Source: Candidatus Udaeobacter sp.
GTDB lineage: Bacteria > Verrucomicrobiota > Verrucomicrobiia > Chthoniobacterales > UBA10450
Length of the DNA: 64,000 nt
Reading direction: 5' to 3'
NCBI GenBank assembly: GCA_049791915.1
Contig: JBARAJ010000015.1
Coordinates: 1,811 to 65,810, forward strand
The notes beneath the pieces were generated by a model. That model was not told the origin of the DNA. It saw nothing but the letters and a program-made list of their open reading frames with translations, and ran no database searches. Shown in pieces: positions 1-9,329 of the stretch (positions within the stretch are counted from its first letter, which is position 1; each line of letters begins with the position of its first letter). The translations under genes were made by a program, and so were the position numbers.

Positions 1-478
1 CGGAAGGCTTTTTCCAATGCACTCGATAGTACAAATGCCGTTTCCATAATGGCGAATGGCCGGTCATGAAATTGACCTCGAATGGCGTTGGCCAATTCAG
101 AATGCTCCGACGGATTTCTATCGAAGCATCATCGCCAGCGGGCGGCACCGTGGCGAGGTTCTCTGCTTCTGTCCGCACCGGACCAAAAGCAAAAACCTTT
201 CCCCGGTCTGCCAGAGCAAGCTGGTCATTTTTCGTCGTGCCAATGCTGGAAGCTGGGCCATTCCTGTCGTTGAGACTCAGCTCAAGATCGTCAACACGAA
301 AAATGCCGCCAGTTCCGTCGCCCTGATATGCGATCGAATTAATTCGTGCTGAGGTCATTTCAATCGTTCCAAAGCGATCAAGCAAGAGTGAGATCTGACG
401 TCCGTAAAAAATCCAGGTTGCCAGGAAGGCTATGACGACGGCGATGAGAACCGCAAGCGTGATCAGGATTTTGCGCAT
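1..478 (-). CDS. hypothetical membrane-anchored protein (partial, C-terminus off the left edge)
   Basis: Hand translation of the minus strand from ATG at 478 gives MRKILITLAVLIAVVIAFLATWIFYGR..., open to position 1 with no stop. The N-terminus is a hydrophobic anchor. It is absent from the ORF track because it has no in-window stop. Confidence 0.55.
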   Translation of the reverse strand, partial: MRKILITLAVLIAVVIAFLATWIFYGRQISLLLDRFGTIEMTSARINSIAYQGDGTGGIFRVDDLELSLNDRNGPASSIGTTKNDQLALADRGKVFAFGPVRTEAENLATVPPAGDDASIEIRRSILNWPTPFEVNFMTGHSPLWKRHLYYRVHWKKPS

Positions 479-486
479 TGGTTTGT

Positions 487-557
487 TGTAGTCACCGCGC
501 CGTGTCGCCCTGCCGGGAAATCCATCGACGGCGCCTCGACACAGCGAGGCGGCTACA
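487..557. repeat. TGTAG...CTACA palindromic intergenic element (family A variant)
   Basis: Termini are TTGTAGTCACCGC ... GCGGCTACAA. It fills the spacer between two minus-strand genes. Its terminal motif is shared with copies at 4872, 12161, 55030, 55500 and 61819. Confidence 0.6.
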
Positions 558-560
558 ATC

Positions 561-2384
561 CTACGATTTCTTTTGTCGGATGTAGTCGTTCACTTGTTCT
601 TCGAGAATCTCGAGCGGTAACGCGCCGTTTTTGAGCACGGCATCATGAAACTCCCGTTGATCAAATTTTTCTCCCAGTTCTTTCTGTGCGCGAACGCGTA
701 ATTCCTGAATCTTTAGCATGCCAATTTTGTAGGCGCACGCCTGACCAGGCGCGACGATATAACGTTCGATTTCAGATTTAACTTCTTTCTCGCCCATGCC
801 GGTTTTCTCGCGCATGTAAGCGATCGCCTGTTCGCGCGTCCAATGCTTCGCGTGAATGCCCGTATCGACGACCAACCGAACCGCGCGGAAAAGTTCGTCA
901 CGGAGGCGTCCCAGGTCTCCGAATGGATCGTTGTCGTACCATCCGACTTGTTTCGCCAGCCATTCGCAGTAGAGCGCCCAGCCTTCCATGTACGCCGTAA
1001 ACGGGATTACCTTGCGAAATTGCGGAACGCCTTTGAGCTCCTCCGCAGTGGAGATTTGCCAATGGTGACCGGGGACGCCCTCATGATACGCGAGTGTTGG
1101 CATGCTCCATTTGGGCACCTCGTTCATGTCCCGCAGGTTGGCGAAGAAGATTCCCGGACGGCTGCCGTCCATGGCGCCCATTTCGTAATATGCTCCGGGC
1201 GCGGTTGCTTCCTTAAACTCCGGGACGCGGCGCACTTCGATCTTGGCACGCGGAGTTGTGAGAAATAATTCTTTCGACGAACGGTCTGTCGCCTGATTGA
1301 TCAACTCAGTGTAGCGGGCCACTGCTTCGGCACGACCTTTGTCATCGTTTGAATAAAGAAAACGCGGATCCCTGGCGAGTTTGTCCATCGCCTCTCCGAT
1401 CGGCTGACCTGCAAACCCGTTTGCATCGAGAATTGCTCGTATCTCACTTTCGATTCGAGCAACTTCGCGCAGACCGAGCTCATGCACCTCATTCGGATTG
1501 AGCGTGGTGGTCGTGTTTTCGTGCAACTTGTAAGCATAGAACGCGTCGCCGTCCGGCAGTTTCCAGACACCATCGTCGGTTGTCGTTTTTGGCAAAATTT
1601 CATGGAGGTAATCGATCAGTTTTTGATAGGCCGGATAGACTTTGTTGGTTATTGCCGTTTCCACGCGCGCTTGAAAATCGGCGCGCTTGGCCTCGCTTAA
1701 CTTGTCAATTTTTGCAGCACGAGTCTTAAATGACGTCGCGAGAATATTCTCCGAAGCCGGCTTGGCGATAAAATCGGTCATCTCCTTAAGCACTTCCTCA
1801 ACTACAAATCGCGGTGGCAGAATCTGCTTTTGTTCGCGGATCTTAAGACCATCGAGTACTTGATCGAACTTCTTCGGCAAAGCGTCGAGCCGCATCACGT
1901 AGTAATTGCAGTCCTTTTCGCTCAGCAGCCGGTGCGTATTAGCCATGAACGACGGAAACTGATTCTGTACGCCAAAGAGCTGGTTAGCGGGATAATCATG
2001 CCATTGCCACTTTTCGCCCTCGGCTTGGATTCGGAGAAACCAATCCAAAACCCGTGTGGAAAGCTTCTGCGACGCCGATTGCCGAGAAAGCGGATACTGG
2101 TGGAGCTGTACCAGGTCGCGTTTCCACCTGTCGAATTCGCGCTGTTGGTGAGCGGGCGATTCGTCATCGAGCTTTCCGCTATGGCTCGTGATACCAAATT
2201 GCTCGACCAGACCGAGCGTTGAGAGGATCTCCGGATGATCAAAGAGAATCTCCGCAAAGACCTTTTCGTAAAACAGATTCAAGCTCCAAGGCCGGAACCA
2301 AATGAGATTAATCAAGAATATTGCGATCGCGATTACGAAGACTGCAGTGATCGCGCCGAGCCATTTGAGAATGCGTTTAAACAT
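561..2384 (-). CDS. DUF885 family protein (putative metallopeptidase-like)
   Basis: 607-aa ORF with an N-terminal TM anchor. It has the HEGVPGHHWQ motif and overall layout typical of DUF885. Confidence 0.8.
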   Translation of the reverse strand: MFKRILKWLGAITAVFVIAIAIFLINLIWFRPWSLNLFYEKVFAEILFDHPEILSTLGLVEQFGITSHSGKLDDESPAHQQREFDRWKRDLVQLHQYPLSRQSASQKLSTRVLDWFLRIQAEGEKWQWHDYPANQLFGVQNQFPSFMANTHRLLSEKDCNYYVMRLDALPKKFDQVLDGLKIREQKQILPPRFVVEEVLKEMTDFIAKPASENILATSFKTRAAKIDKLSEAKRADFQARVETAITNKVYPAYQKLIDYLHEILPKTTTDDGVWKLPDGDAFYAYKLHENTTTTLNPNEVHELGLREVARIESEIRAILDANGFAGQPIGEAMDKLARDPRFLYSNDDKGRAEAVARYTELINQATDRSSKELFLTTPRAKIEVRRVPEFKEATAPGAYYEMGAMDGSRPGIFFANLRDMNEVPKWSMPTLAYHEGVPGHHWQISTAEELKGVPQFRKVIPFTAYMEGWALYCEWLAKQVGWYDNDPFGDLGRLRDELFRAVRLVVDTGIHAKHWTREQAIAYMREKTGMGEKEVKSEIERYIVAPGQACAYKIGMLKIQELRVRAQKELGEKFDQREFHDAVLKNGALPLEILEEQVNDYIRQKKS

Positions 2385-2595
2385 GTGGTCGGATTAGTGC
2401 TTGTAGGATGCAACAGCAGTGCGCACTGGATTCAAGAGTTTTCGGCGTTCGCACAGACCAAACGCACTAGCTAATGTTCAACCCTCAAACCAGAGAGTGT
2501 GATCCAAGAGTTTGTGTGAGATTCCTCGCTCCGCTCGAAATGACGGGGTGTTTCCGGATAGCTTCATTTCCAAATCTCGATTATAGCCAGATGTC

Positions 2596-3255
2596 ATGCC
2601 AGCCTCTTCGGAGCATATTGACAAGCCAGAGCCACGCGGACAAACGATCGCCGCGGTTCTCGCAGTCGGCGCTATTTACCTGGCTCTGCCACGCAACGTC
2701 GTTGTCGGCCCGGTTTGGTTGTTGCCGACTATGATTGTCGTCCTGCTCGTGCCGACTGTTGTGAGCCATCGTGTGGGGAAACAATCACTCAATCGCCTCC
2801 TCGGTTTCGTTATTAACGGAATCACAACACTGGCGTTGATTGCCTCTGTAATTTTGCTCGTCCGTCTATTGCCGTCGCACCGCGAATCTCCATTGCAGTT
2901 GCTCCGGTCCGGCGGACTACTTTGGCTAACGAATGTGATCGTGTTCGCGCTCTGGTACTGGCGCCTGGACGGCGGCGGGCCAACCCTTCGACAGAAACAA
3001 CGGAAATTCGGCAGCAAGAGTTTCCTTTTCCCACAGATGCAAATTCCACACGACGAGCGATCCGAATTTGCGTGTGCGCGCTGGCATCCGCACTTTGTCG
3101 ATTATCTGTTCGTCGCGTTCACGCAGAGTTCCACGTTCGGGCCAACCGACGCGCCGCTGCTCGCACGCTGGGCAAAGGTTCTTGCAATGATCCAGATCTT
3201 CATTTCGCTTAGCATCGTCGTCTTGCTGATCTCGGCGGCCGTAGGAACACTGTGA
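2596..3255 (+). CDS. DUF1345-like integral membrane protein
   Basis: 219 aa with multiple TM segments. The C-terminal pattern FVDYLFVAFTQSSTFGPTD resembles the DUF1345 signature F.D..YFSFT...TF..SD. Confidence 0.55.
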   Translation: MPASSEHIDKPEPRGQTIAAVLAVGAIYLALPRNVVVGPVWLLPTMIVVLLVPTVVSHRVGKQSLNRLLGFVINGITTLALIASVILLVRLLPSHRESPLQLLRSGGLLWLTNVIVFALWYWRLDGGGPTLRQKQRKFGSKSFLFPQMQIPHDERSEFACARWHPHFVDYLFVAFTQSSTFGPTDAPLLARWAKVLAMIQIFISLSIVVLLISAAVGTL

Positions 3256-3447
3256 ACGGACAATCCATTCTGGATCTGTAGTCGGGGCGCTGTGCGCCGT
3301 CGTCTTCTCCTTGGCTGCTTTAAGCCGCTTAACTATTTGCCGATCAAAATCAAAATGCCAGCGATGAGCGCCAAAACTCCCATCACGATTGCTCCGATGC
3401 CGACGTGACGATTTGCACGCTCGCCAGCTTCGTCGGATCCGCTTTTC

Positions 3448-4821
3448 TTACTGCGCCTTCGATGGAACCAGGATCGCGTCGCTCATGCCGTGTAAAAACT
3501 TCTTATCTGCTGGAACAATAGTAGCCAGCGCACCGCGTAACTTCACACGATCGGTTTCGACGAAATAATACGGGCACAGGCGCACTCGGCCTTTCATTGC
3601 CTTCACTTCGCCTGAATCAGGATCCCAGTAGTTGTGCTCAAACAGGCGGCCTTTATGAAACCGCTGCAGGATAGTTGGTGACGATTCGAATGTTGCCAAC
3701 GCGTGTTCGATTCGCTTTTCCCAATCGGCGTGCGGTAGGTCGCTCCCGAGCGCGATGCCGCGACTGCCCCAGCCAAGCGGGGAAAAACCGCTCACTTTCA
3801 AAAGAAGATCGCGATCTTTCTGGCTAAATTTCGCAGCCTCGCGCCAGTCGTGAATTTCCAAACGCGGAATGACTGCGTGTTGGGGAAGAGGAGTTGGATC
3901 AAGGAGCCAGGAGTAGGGAATTATTTCCTGTAACTTGATGAAGTATTTGTCTCCCAGTTCGCGTCGCCAAAATTCGCGAAGCGGCTGAAGCCAGAACAGC
4001 GCGAACCACATTTTCTCTTCGAGATAAGGCTTGATCGGCGGCGTGATTGTCATTCGCCCTTCTGCATTCGCTCGCAGCGCGTTTTCAATTCCGGGAATAT
4101 TTGGCAGATCGAACAATTCAAAGAATCGGTACACTGCGCGTCCGTCGTCCGGTTCATAATTTTCCGCCGGCATTACGCGCCAGCTGTAACCGGGATCGGT
4201 GACCCAGGCCCCGTCGTGATCGCGAACGGAACCGGAGTCACCTCCGGCTACAGCAGCTTGTTCATTCAATCGCGCGGCAAGCCACTCCATCTCCGGCCGA
4301 TAGGTTGCCGATTCCTGCGAAATGATGATATCGGCGCCGTTCGGGACAACCGCGCGAAATCCCTCCAGCATACCATTCTCGCCGCCGACGATGTCGTTAT
4401 CGAAGGAAGAATACGTCTGGTTTAGCCAACCCGTCAGGCCTATCCCGCCCGGAACTGAGTCGATCTCGGCGATGATGTAGCCTTTCTCAGTGAGGACGAG
4501 GTCTGGTCGGATTACTCGCGGCAAATCGTCGCGGATTTCCTTCCGCCGCGAAAATTCAATCAAGTCCTTTGGTTTACCGGCGTCGAGGTACCGGGCTACC
4601 CATTCGGGCTGCTTGCCTTTAACGCTGAGCTGATACAGCTGATTGCAAGCCCGCTGAAAAACAAACAGCCGATGCCCAAGTTGTTCGAGGTCGGCGAGAG
4701 ATTTCCTGTCGATCGGAAATGCGTCAGGCGAGAGCAGCCACTCTTTCTCGGCGAAAAGGCCCTCTTTTGGGAAAGCTGCGCGAATCGCGGCTAGCCTGCC
4801 ATTCTGATCCTGCACCTGCAT
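3448..4821 (-). CDS. hypothetical protein (possible ATP-grasp-like enzyme; function not established)
   Basis: Long ORF with coding-like composition. I place the start at the internal MQVQDQ (4821) because the upstream 13 codons lie in repeat sequence (ACGTCCAA motifs). No motif is firmly recognised. Confidence 0.6.
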   Translation of the reverse strand: MQVQDQNGRLAAIRAAFPKEGLFAEKEWLLSPDAFPIDRKSLADLEQLGHRLFVFQRACNQLYQLSVKGKQPEWVARYLDAGKPKDLIEFSRRKEIRDDLPRVIRPDLVLTEKGYIIAEIDSVPGGIGLTGWLNQTYSSFDNDIVGGENGMLEGFRAVVPNGADIIISQESATYRPEMEWLAARLNEQAAVAGGDSGSVRDHDGAWVTDPGYSWRVMPAENYEPDDGRAVYRFFELFDLPNIPGIENALRANAEGRMTITPPIKPYLEEKMWFALFWLQPLREFWRRELGDKYFIKLQEIIPYSWLLDPTPLPQHAVIPRLEIHDWREAAKFSQKDRDLLLKVSGFSPLGWGSRGIALGSDLPHADWEKRIEHALATFESSPTILQRFHKGRLFEHNYWDPDSGEVKAMKGRVRLCPYYFVETDRVKLRGALATIVPADKKFLHGMSDAILVPSKAQ

Positions 4822-4871
4822 GATGAAGCAAACGTCCAATGTCCAACGTTGAACGTCCAACGTTCAATTAT

Positions 4872-4930
4872 TGTAGGGCGTCTCTGTGAGACGCCGGGCG
4901 TGAGAAGGCGTTTGATACAAACGCCCTACA
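4872..4930. repeat. family A double-hairpin palindromic element
   Basis: TGTAGGGCGTCTCTGTGAGACGCC...GGCGTTTGATACAAACGCCCTACA. It has 9-nt terminal inverted repeats and two internal hairpins, and it abuts the ruvA stop codon (4932-4934). Confidence 0.75.
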
Positions 4931-4931
4931 A

Positions 4932-5543
4932 TTACCGTCCCGCGGCCATTTTCTTCAGCACCAGTTTCACCAGTTCTTCGGCTGATTTCGCTTCGCCCTT
5001 CTGCTGCAAATCGTGCACGGCCTTATGCGCATCGACTTGCTTGTAGCCGAGCGCGATCAAGCCCAGCACTGCTTCGTTCGCCTGCTCTTGTTCGGGCGTG
5101 GGCGCGTGCGTGGCGCTGGCTGCTTCCCATGCTGCCGCCACTCCGAGCTTGTCCTTTAATTCGAGAACGATTCGCTCGGCCGTCTTTTTCCCAAGGCCAC
5201 TGATTTTCGAAATCGCTGCGACATCAGAATTCACCACCGCCGCTTTGAAATTGTTTACGCTCATTCCACTCAACACTGCCAGTGCCAGCTTCGGCCCGAT
5301 GCCTGAGACGTGGTTGACGAGCAATCGGAAAAGATCACGCTCGGCTGGCGTCATGAATCCATACAGCACGTGCGCATCCTCGCGCACGGCCAGATGCGTG
5401 AGAATGCGGATAGCCTGTCCGACAGCAGGCAGCTTGTCATAGCTCGACAGCGGAATGAACACTTCGTAGCCAACGCCGCCTACATCCACAATCGCCTGCG
5501 TGGGTAGGGCGTTCACGAGTTTACCATCAAGAAACGTGATCAT
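4932..5543 (-). CDS. ruvA: Holliday junction branch migration complex subunit RuvA
   Basis: MITFLDGKLV...VDVGGVGYEV N-terminus, about 200 aa, with the HhH region (GIGPKLA) typical of RuvA. Confidence 0.93.
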   Translation of the reverse strand: MITFLDGKLVNALPTQAIVDVGGVGYEVFIPLSSYDKLPAVGQAIRILTHLAVREDAHVLYGFMTPAERDLFRLLVNHVSGIGPKLALAVLSGMSVNNFKAAVVNSDVAAISKISGLGKKTAERIVLELKDKLGVAAAWEAASATHAPTPEQEQANEAVLGLIALGYKQVDAHKAVHDLQQKGEAKSAEELVKLVLKKMAAGR

Positions 5544-5587
5544 GGGTTCGTTAAAGTGTTGAAGCGTTGAAGCGGGGGTGCGTTCCT

Positions 5588-5685
5588 TGTCATTCTGAGC
5601 GCAGCGAAGAATCTCTGATTATTTCTGGCGACCCATCTGCCGCAAAGCCGATAGCCAGAGATGTTTCGCTCCGCTCAACATGACA
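5588..5685. repeat. family B MITE-like element (about 98 bp)
   Basis: Arms are TGTCATTCTGAGCGCAGCGAAGAATCTC ... GAGATGTTTCGCTCCGCTCAACATGACA. Its reverse complement aligns along its whole length with the copies at 43135 and 46064. Confidence 0.8.
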
Positions 5686-5725
5686 GACGAAAAAGACGCT
5701 TCAACGTTTTATCCGATTCAACTAA

Positions 5726-7249
5726 TCATTCTCGTTTCAACACCAGCGTGAGATTGACGCGTTTGCCTTTCGCGATGTTGAAACCATTAATTGTAAAGAA
5801 TCGCCAGCTTGCGGGTGGGTTCGCGAAAAGTTCGCCCGCTACGGGCGTCGGCAGAACGATAAAACGTGGATCGGGTGCGCTCATGAACTCAGCAGCGCGA
5901 CGCTTGTTCAGCGGCGTGAGAAAACCTTGGACACGGGAGCGAAAATACCAGACCAGACTTGGCTCCTGGAACTCGACCGCAGCAAATTGCATGTTGGGCT
6001 GCAAAGACGCGCGAGACACTTGAAAGAGCTGATACGCGGGAAAAAACCGCGCCACCATTGACGGCACCACGAGGGCAACTGCGATCCACACACACGTAGT
6101 TGCGACCGCGATGGTTGTGAACCGGGAGCGGCGGCTTTCAATTGCCATTTCTTGGTGCCAATGCCGTGCGAGCAAAAGCGCAAGTAACGGAAACGCTGGC
6201 AGCGTGTAGTGCGGTAACTTCGTGCTGACGAGAGTAAAGATGACGAAGACGACAGCGATGCCCCAGAGCAGATATGTATCGACCGGACTTCGGCTGTAGC
6301 CGGGGGCGCCGACCCCGGCCTCTCTGTTCCGCCACAATTTGCGAATTAGCCACGGCAACTTGATCGACCACGGAAAGAAACTGATGAAGACGGTGACAAA
6401 ATAAAACGGAAGTAGCAGCGCGTACATACCGAAGGAGCTCGCGCCGTGACCTTCCAGTGTCATAAACGAACGGCCGACGACGTGTCGTCCAATTCCCACT
6501 CTGAAAAACTCCCCCCGTGTTTGAATCAGCGCCGGGATTCCCCAGAGCGCGACCACTGCAAGCATCAGCGCAACACCCACCGCAAACTTGAAGCGCCGTA
6601 ACATCTGCCAATCTCGTGTGTAGATGATTAAGCCAGCGACGGCCAGCAGCGGTGTCCACGCGATTGGGCCTTTGGCAAGAAAGCCGAGCGCGAGCGAGAG
6701 ATAAAAAACAAGGAAGGGCGATTTCCAAATCGCCCACGGCGGTCTGGAGACAGTCGCTCCTTGGTTCAACGGGGGGCGTTGAAACAGTTCGTATCCAGCC
6801 AAATTCGCCAGAGTCACGAACAACACGAGCCACATGTCGGCGACGGCGGCTTTCGCGTGAACGAATGTTTGGAGCGAAAGCGTGAAGATAATTGCGGCCC
6901 ACCACCCGACTTTTTCTGCCCCCAACCGGTGGCCCCAGACGAAGATTAAGAGGGCGGTGAGTGCTGCTGCTATTGCCGAAGGGAAGCGAGCAGCGAAATC
7001 GTTTTCGCCGAAAATGTGATAGCTGGCGACCTGTGCCCAGTAGGTGAGGGGAGGCTTATCGAGTCGAAGCTGGTTATTGAAGTAGGGAACGATGTAGTTG
7101 CTGCGCTCGATCATTTCCCGCGAAGATTCGGCGAAGCGCGGCTCGTCCCGATCGATAAGGGGCAAGCTCCATGTGCCAAGGATGTGAAACAGAACGCAGC
7201 TAAAAAATAAGATCGCATACTTTGTAGTTGTCGAGTTTATCCTGCTCAT
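5726..7249 (-). CDS. ArnT/PMT-like glycosyltransferase (GT39/GT83 family, undecaprenyl-phosphate-sugar dependent)
   Basis: The motif DRDEPRFAESSREM...YFNNQLRLDKPPLTYW is typical of ArnT-like enzymes, and there are many TM helices. I prefer the start at 7249 (MSRINS...); the track start at 7372 would overlap the divergent PAP2 gene. Confidence 0.8.
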   Translation of the reverse strand: MSRINSTTTKYAILFFSCVLFHILGTWSLPLIDRDEPRFAESSREMIERSNYIVPYFNNQLRLDKPPLTYWAQVASYHIFGENDFAARFPSAIAAALTALLIFVWGHRLGAEKVGWWAAIIFTLSLQTFVHAKAAVADMWLVLFVTLANLAGYELFQRPPLNQGATVSRPPWAIWKSPFLVFYLSLALGFLAKGPIAWTPLLAVAGLIIYTRDWQMLRRFKFAVGVALMLAVVALWGIPALIQTRGEFFRVGIGRHVVGRSFMTLEGHGASSFGMYALLLPFYFVTVFISFFPWSIKLPWLIRKLWRNREAGVGAPGYSRSPVDTYLLWGIAVVFVIFTLVSTKLPHYTLPAFPLLALLLARHWHQEMAIESRRSRFTTIAVATTCVWIAVALVVPSMVARFFPAYQLFQVSRASLQPNMQFAAVEFQEPSLVWYFRSRVQGFLTPLNKRRAAEFMSAPDPRFIVLPTPVAGELFANPPASWRFFTINGFNIAKGKRVNLTLVLKRE

Positions 7250-7340
7250 ACTCCTACTAGTGCTTATGCTCGGTTCTGGTCGATTAGGAGCAAGAGCATG
7301 AGCAAGAGTAAGAGTTGCAACCGTTAACGGGAACTTATTT

Positions 7341-7985
7341 GTGAAGCGCCGCACTGCTTTGAATTGGCTCATCGGGATCGCGATCGCGGCGACGGCGATC
7401 GCAGTGTCATTTCATTTCGACGACAGCGTGCGCGAATTCATGATGCAGCATCAAAACCCTCCGATGCGCGATTTGATGCGCTACGTCAGCTTCTTGGGCG
7501 ATTGGCCGTTGCATGCGGCAGTAGGATTAGTTCTCCTGGGCTTGGCATGGCGCCGGGGCAGCGAAGACTGGACGCGTATTTTCCTCGGCATGCTGTTGGC
7601 CATGATGCTGGCGGGGGTGGCGGATACCGTGATTAAACGCACCGTTCCACGGGCGCGCCCGTCGGTCCAGGCTGAAACGCCTTGGGGCGGTCCGCGTTTT
7701 AGCTCGAAATATCAATCGTTTCCTTCCGGACATGTCGGCGCTTCGACCGCGTTCTTTGGCGTTTTACTTATCGCTCGTCGGCGCGTCGGCCTCGCGTGCT
7801 TTCCAATCCCGATTCTGATCGGGTTCTCGCGGATGTATATCGGCGCCCATTATCTCTCCGACGTCGTTTGCGCAGCGGTTCTGGGAAGCTTATGCGCCCT
7901 TCTCGTAGCGTACTTCCTATTGCTGCCAATCGGAAATCGGAAATCGGAAATCGAAAATCGAAAATTGAAGTGGCGGAGGGGGTGA
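7341..7985 (+). CDS. PAP2 superfamily phosphatase (lipid phosphate/undecaprenyl-diphosphate phosphatase-like)
   Basis: PAP2 motifs KRTVPRARP ... SFPSGH ... SRMYIGAHYLSD. GTG start. The last roughly 20 codons are encoded by a heptanucleotide repeat and run into the tRNA-Ser gene. Confidence 0.85.
   Translation: MKRRTALNWLIGIAIAATAIAVSFHFDDSVREFMMQHQNPPMRDLMRYVSFLGDWPLHAAVGLVLLGLAWRRGSEDWTRIFLGMLLAMMLAGVADTVIKRTVPRARPSVQAETPWGGPRFSSKYQSFPSGHVGASTAFFGVLLIARRRVGLACFPIPILIGFSRMYIGAHYLSDVVCAAVLGSLCALLVAYFLLLPIGNRKSEIENRKLKWRRG
7930..7964. repeat. heptanucleotide tandem repeat (TCGGAAA x3, TCGAAAA x2)
   Basis: Five consecutive 7-nt units read directly from the sequence, lying in the 3' end of the PAP2 ORF. 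Confidence 0.9.
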
Positions 7986-8058
7986 GATTCGAACTCACGA
8001 GGCCTTTCGGCCTTCCGGTTTTCAAGACCGGCGCGATCAACCGCTCTGCCACCCCTCC
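7971..8058 (-). tRNA. tRNA-Ser (anticodon UGA)
   Basis: The reverse complement folds as a cloverleaf: acceptor GGAGGGG/CCCCTCC, T-arm GTGAG-TTCGAAT-CTCAC, anticodon loop CTTGAAA, long variable arm (88 nt), discriminator G and an encoded CCA. Confidence 0.9.
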
Positions 8059-8148
8059 GGAAAACTGGTGATCAGCAGTCGGTGCGCAAGTATAGCAGGA
8101 ACTCAAAGATTTGCTCGACAGTGCAATATGTTCATGTGAACTTAAATC

Positions 8149-9261
8149 GTGCCCGCGAACAAGAAGTTCAACCCTGTCATCGTCGAAACGCCGCAGAGCC
8201 GCGCTACGACTCGGGGGCGCGGCGCATCCTGGAGCCCAGCAAACCGATTCGAAAAACTGCACGTCGATATAACTGACGCAGACGTAGTCGATGTCGGCTG
8301 TGAGACCGAAGAGACACCGCGGCGTCCGACGCAGTATTTTCGCGACGGAACGAGAACGATCATTACTCGCAATACAAGTCCGGATGTCGGCTTTGAAACA
8401 AGCTTGAATCCGTATCGCGGGTGCGAGCACGGCTGTGTTTATTGTTACGCGCGACCGACCCACGAGTATCTCGGGTTTTCGGCCGGTCTTGATTTCGAAA
8501 GCAAAATCATGGTGAAAACCAATGCCCCTGAACTGCTGCGCGCCGAACTGGAATCGCCGCGATGGCAACCGCAGACGCTTGTGTTGAGCGGTGTGACCGA
8601 TCCGTATCAACCAGTGGAGCGAAAATTGCGGATCACGCGCGGCTGTCTCGATGTCCTTGCAAAGTTTCGCAATCCTGTGGCGATCATTACAAAGAACCAT
8701 CTCGTCACGCGCGATATCGATATTTTGCGCGAGCTCGCGGCGTGCAATGCTGCGGCGGTCAACGTTTCAGTGACGTCTCTCGATCCAACGTTGCAGCGCG
8801 TGCTCGAACCACGCACGACCTCGCCGCAAGGTCGGCTCTACGCCATCGAACAACTTCGTGCAGCAAAAATTCCAGTTGGTGTAATGGTCGCGCCAATTAT
8901 TCCCGGACTCACTGATCACGAGGTTCCGAAGATCCTGGATGCGTGCGCAAAAGCGGGCGCGCAGTTTGCCGGCTACACGATTATCCGCCTGCCATGGGCG
9001 GTTGCGCCACTGTTCGAGCATTGGCTGGAGGAACATTTTCCAGACCGCAAAGAGAAGGTGCTTCGGCGGATCCGGCATTTGCGGGGAAGCCGGCTAAACA
9101 ATTCGCAATGGCACACACGCATGACGGGAGAGGGGATTTTCGCCGATCAAATCGCATCGTTATTCAAAGTCGGTTGTCGTCGAGCCGGCATCGGCGCGCG
9201 CCCGGCGCTTTCGTGCGAATCATTTCGCCGATCAACAACGCAGCTACGCCTTTTTGCATAA
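8149..9261 (+). CDS. radical SAM protein, PA0069-like family
   Basis: CEHGCVYCY (CxxxCxxC) cluster motif, an N-terminal RGRGA..P.NRF motif and about 370 aa. Confidence 0.8.
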   Translation: MPANKKFNPVIVETPQSRATTRGRGASWSPANRFEKLHVDITDADVVDVGCETEETPRRPTQYFRDGTRTIITRNTSPDVGFETSLNPYRGCEHGCVYCYARPTHEYLGFSAGLDFESKIMVKTNAPELLRAELESPRWQPQTLVLSGVTDPYQPVERKLRITRGCLDVLAKFRNPVAIITKNHLVTRDIDILRELAACNAAAVNVSVTSLDPTLQRVLEPRTTSPQGRLYAIEQLRAAKIPVGVMVAPIIPGLTDHEVPKILDACAKAGAQFAGYTIIRLPWAVAPLFEHWLEEHFPDRKEKVLRRIRHLRGSRLNNSQWHTRMTGEGIFADQIASLFKVGCRRAGIGARPALSCESFRRSTTQLRLFA

Positions 9262-9329
9262 ACATCGTCCGCGACACATGACTCGACGGCGCTGTTTCCT
9301 CTTGGATCTGCGTTAGATTCAATCGACCG

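Noticed and set aside
56-352. Three overlapping plus-strand ORFs at the left edge
   Set aside because: The minus strand carries a continuous open frame from ATG 478 to the window edge with a plausible membrane anchor. The plus-strand ORFs are short, mutually overlapping and Arg/Ser-rich.
3300-3447. Minus-strand frame encoding a C-terminal TM segment (...RANRHVGIGAIVMGVLALIAGILILIGK*) just downstream of the 3448 gene
   Set aside because: There is no plausible start codon other than one leaving a 16-codon peptide. The upstream part of the frame overlaps the preceding gene.
7768-8700. 310-codon minus-strand ORF
   Set aside because: It spans the PAP2 3' end, the tRNA-Ser gene and the radical SAM gene in antisense. 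It has no motif and a shadow-ORF composition.
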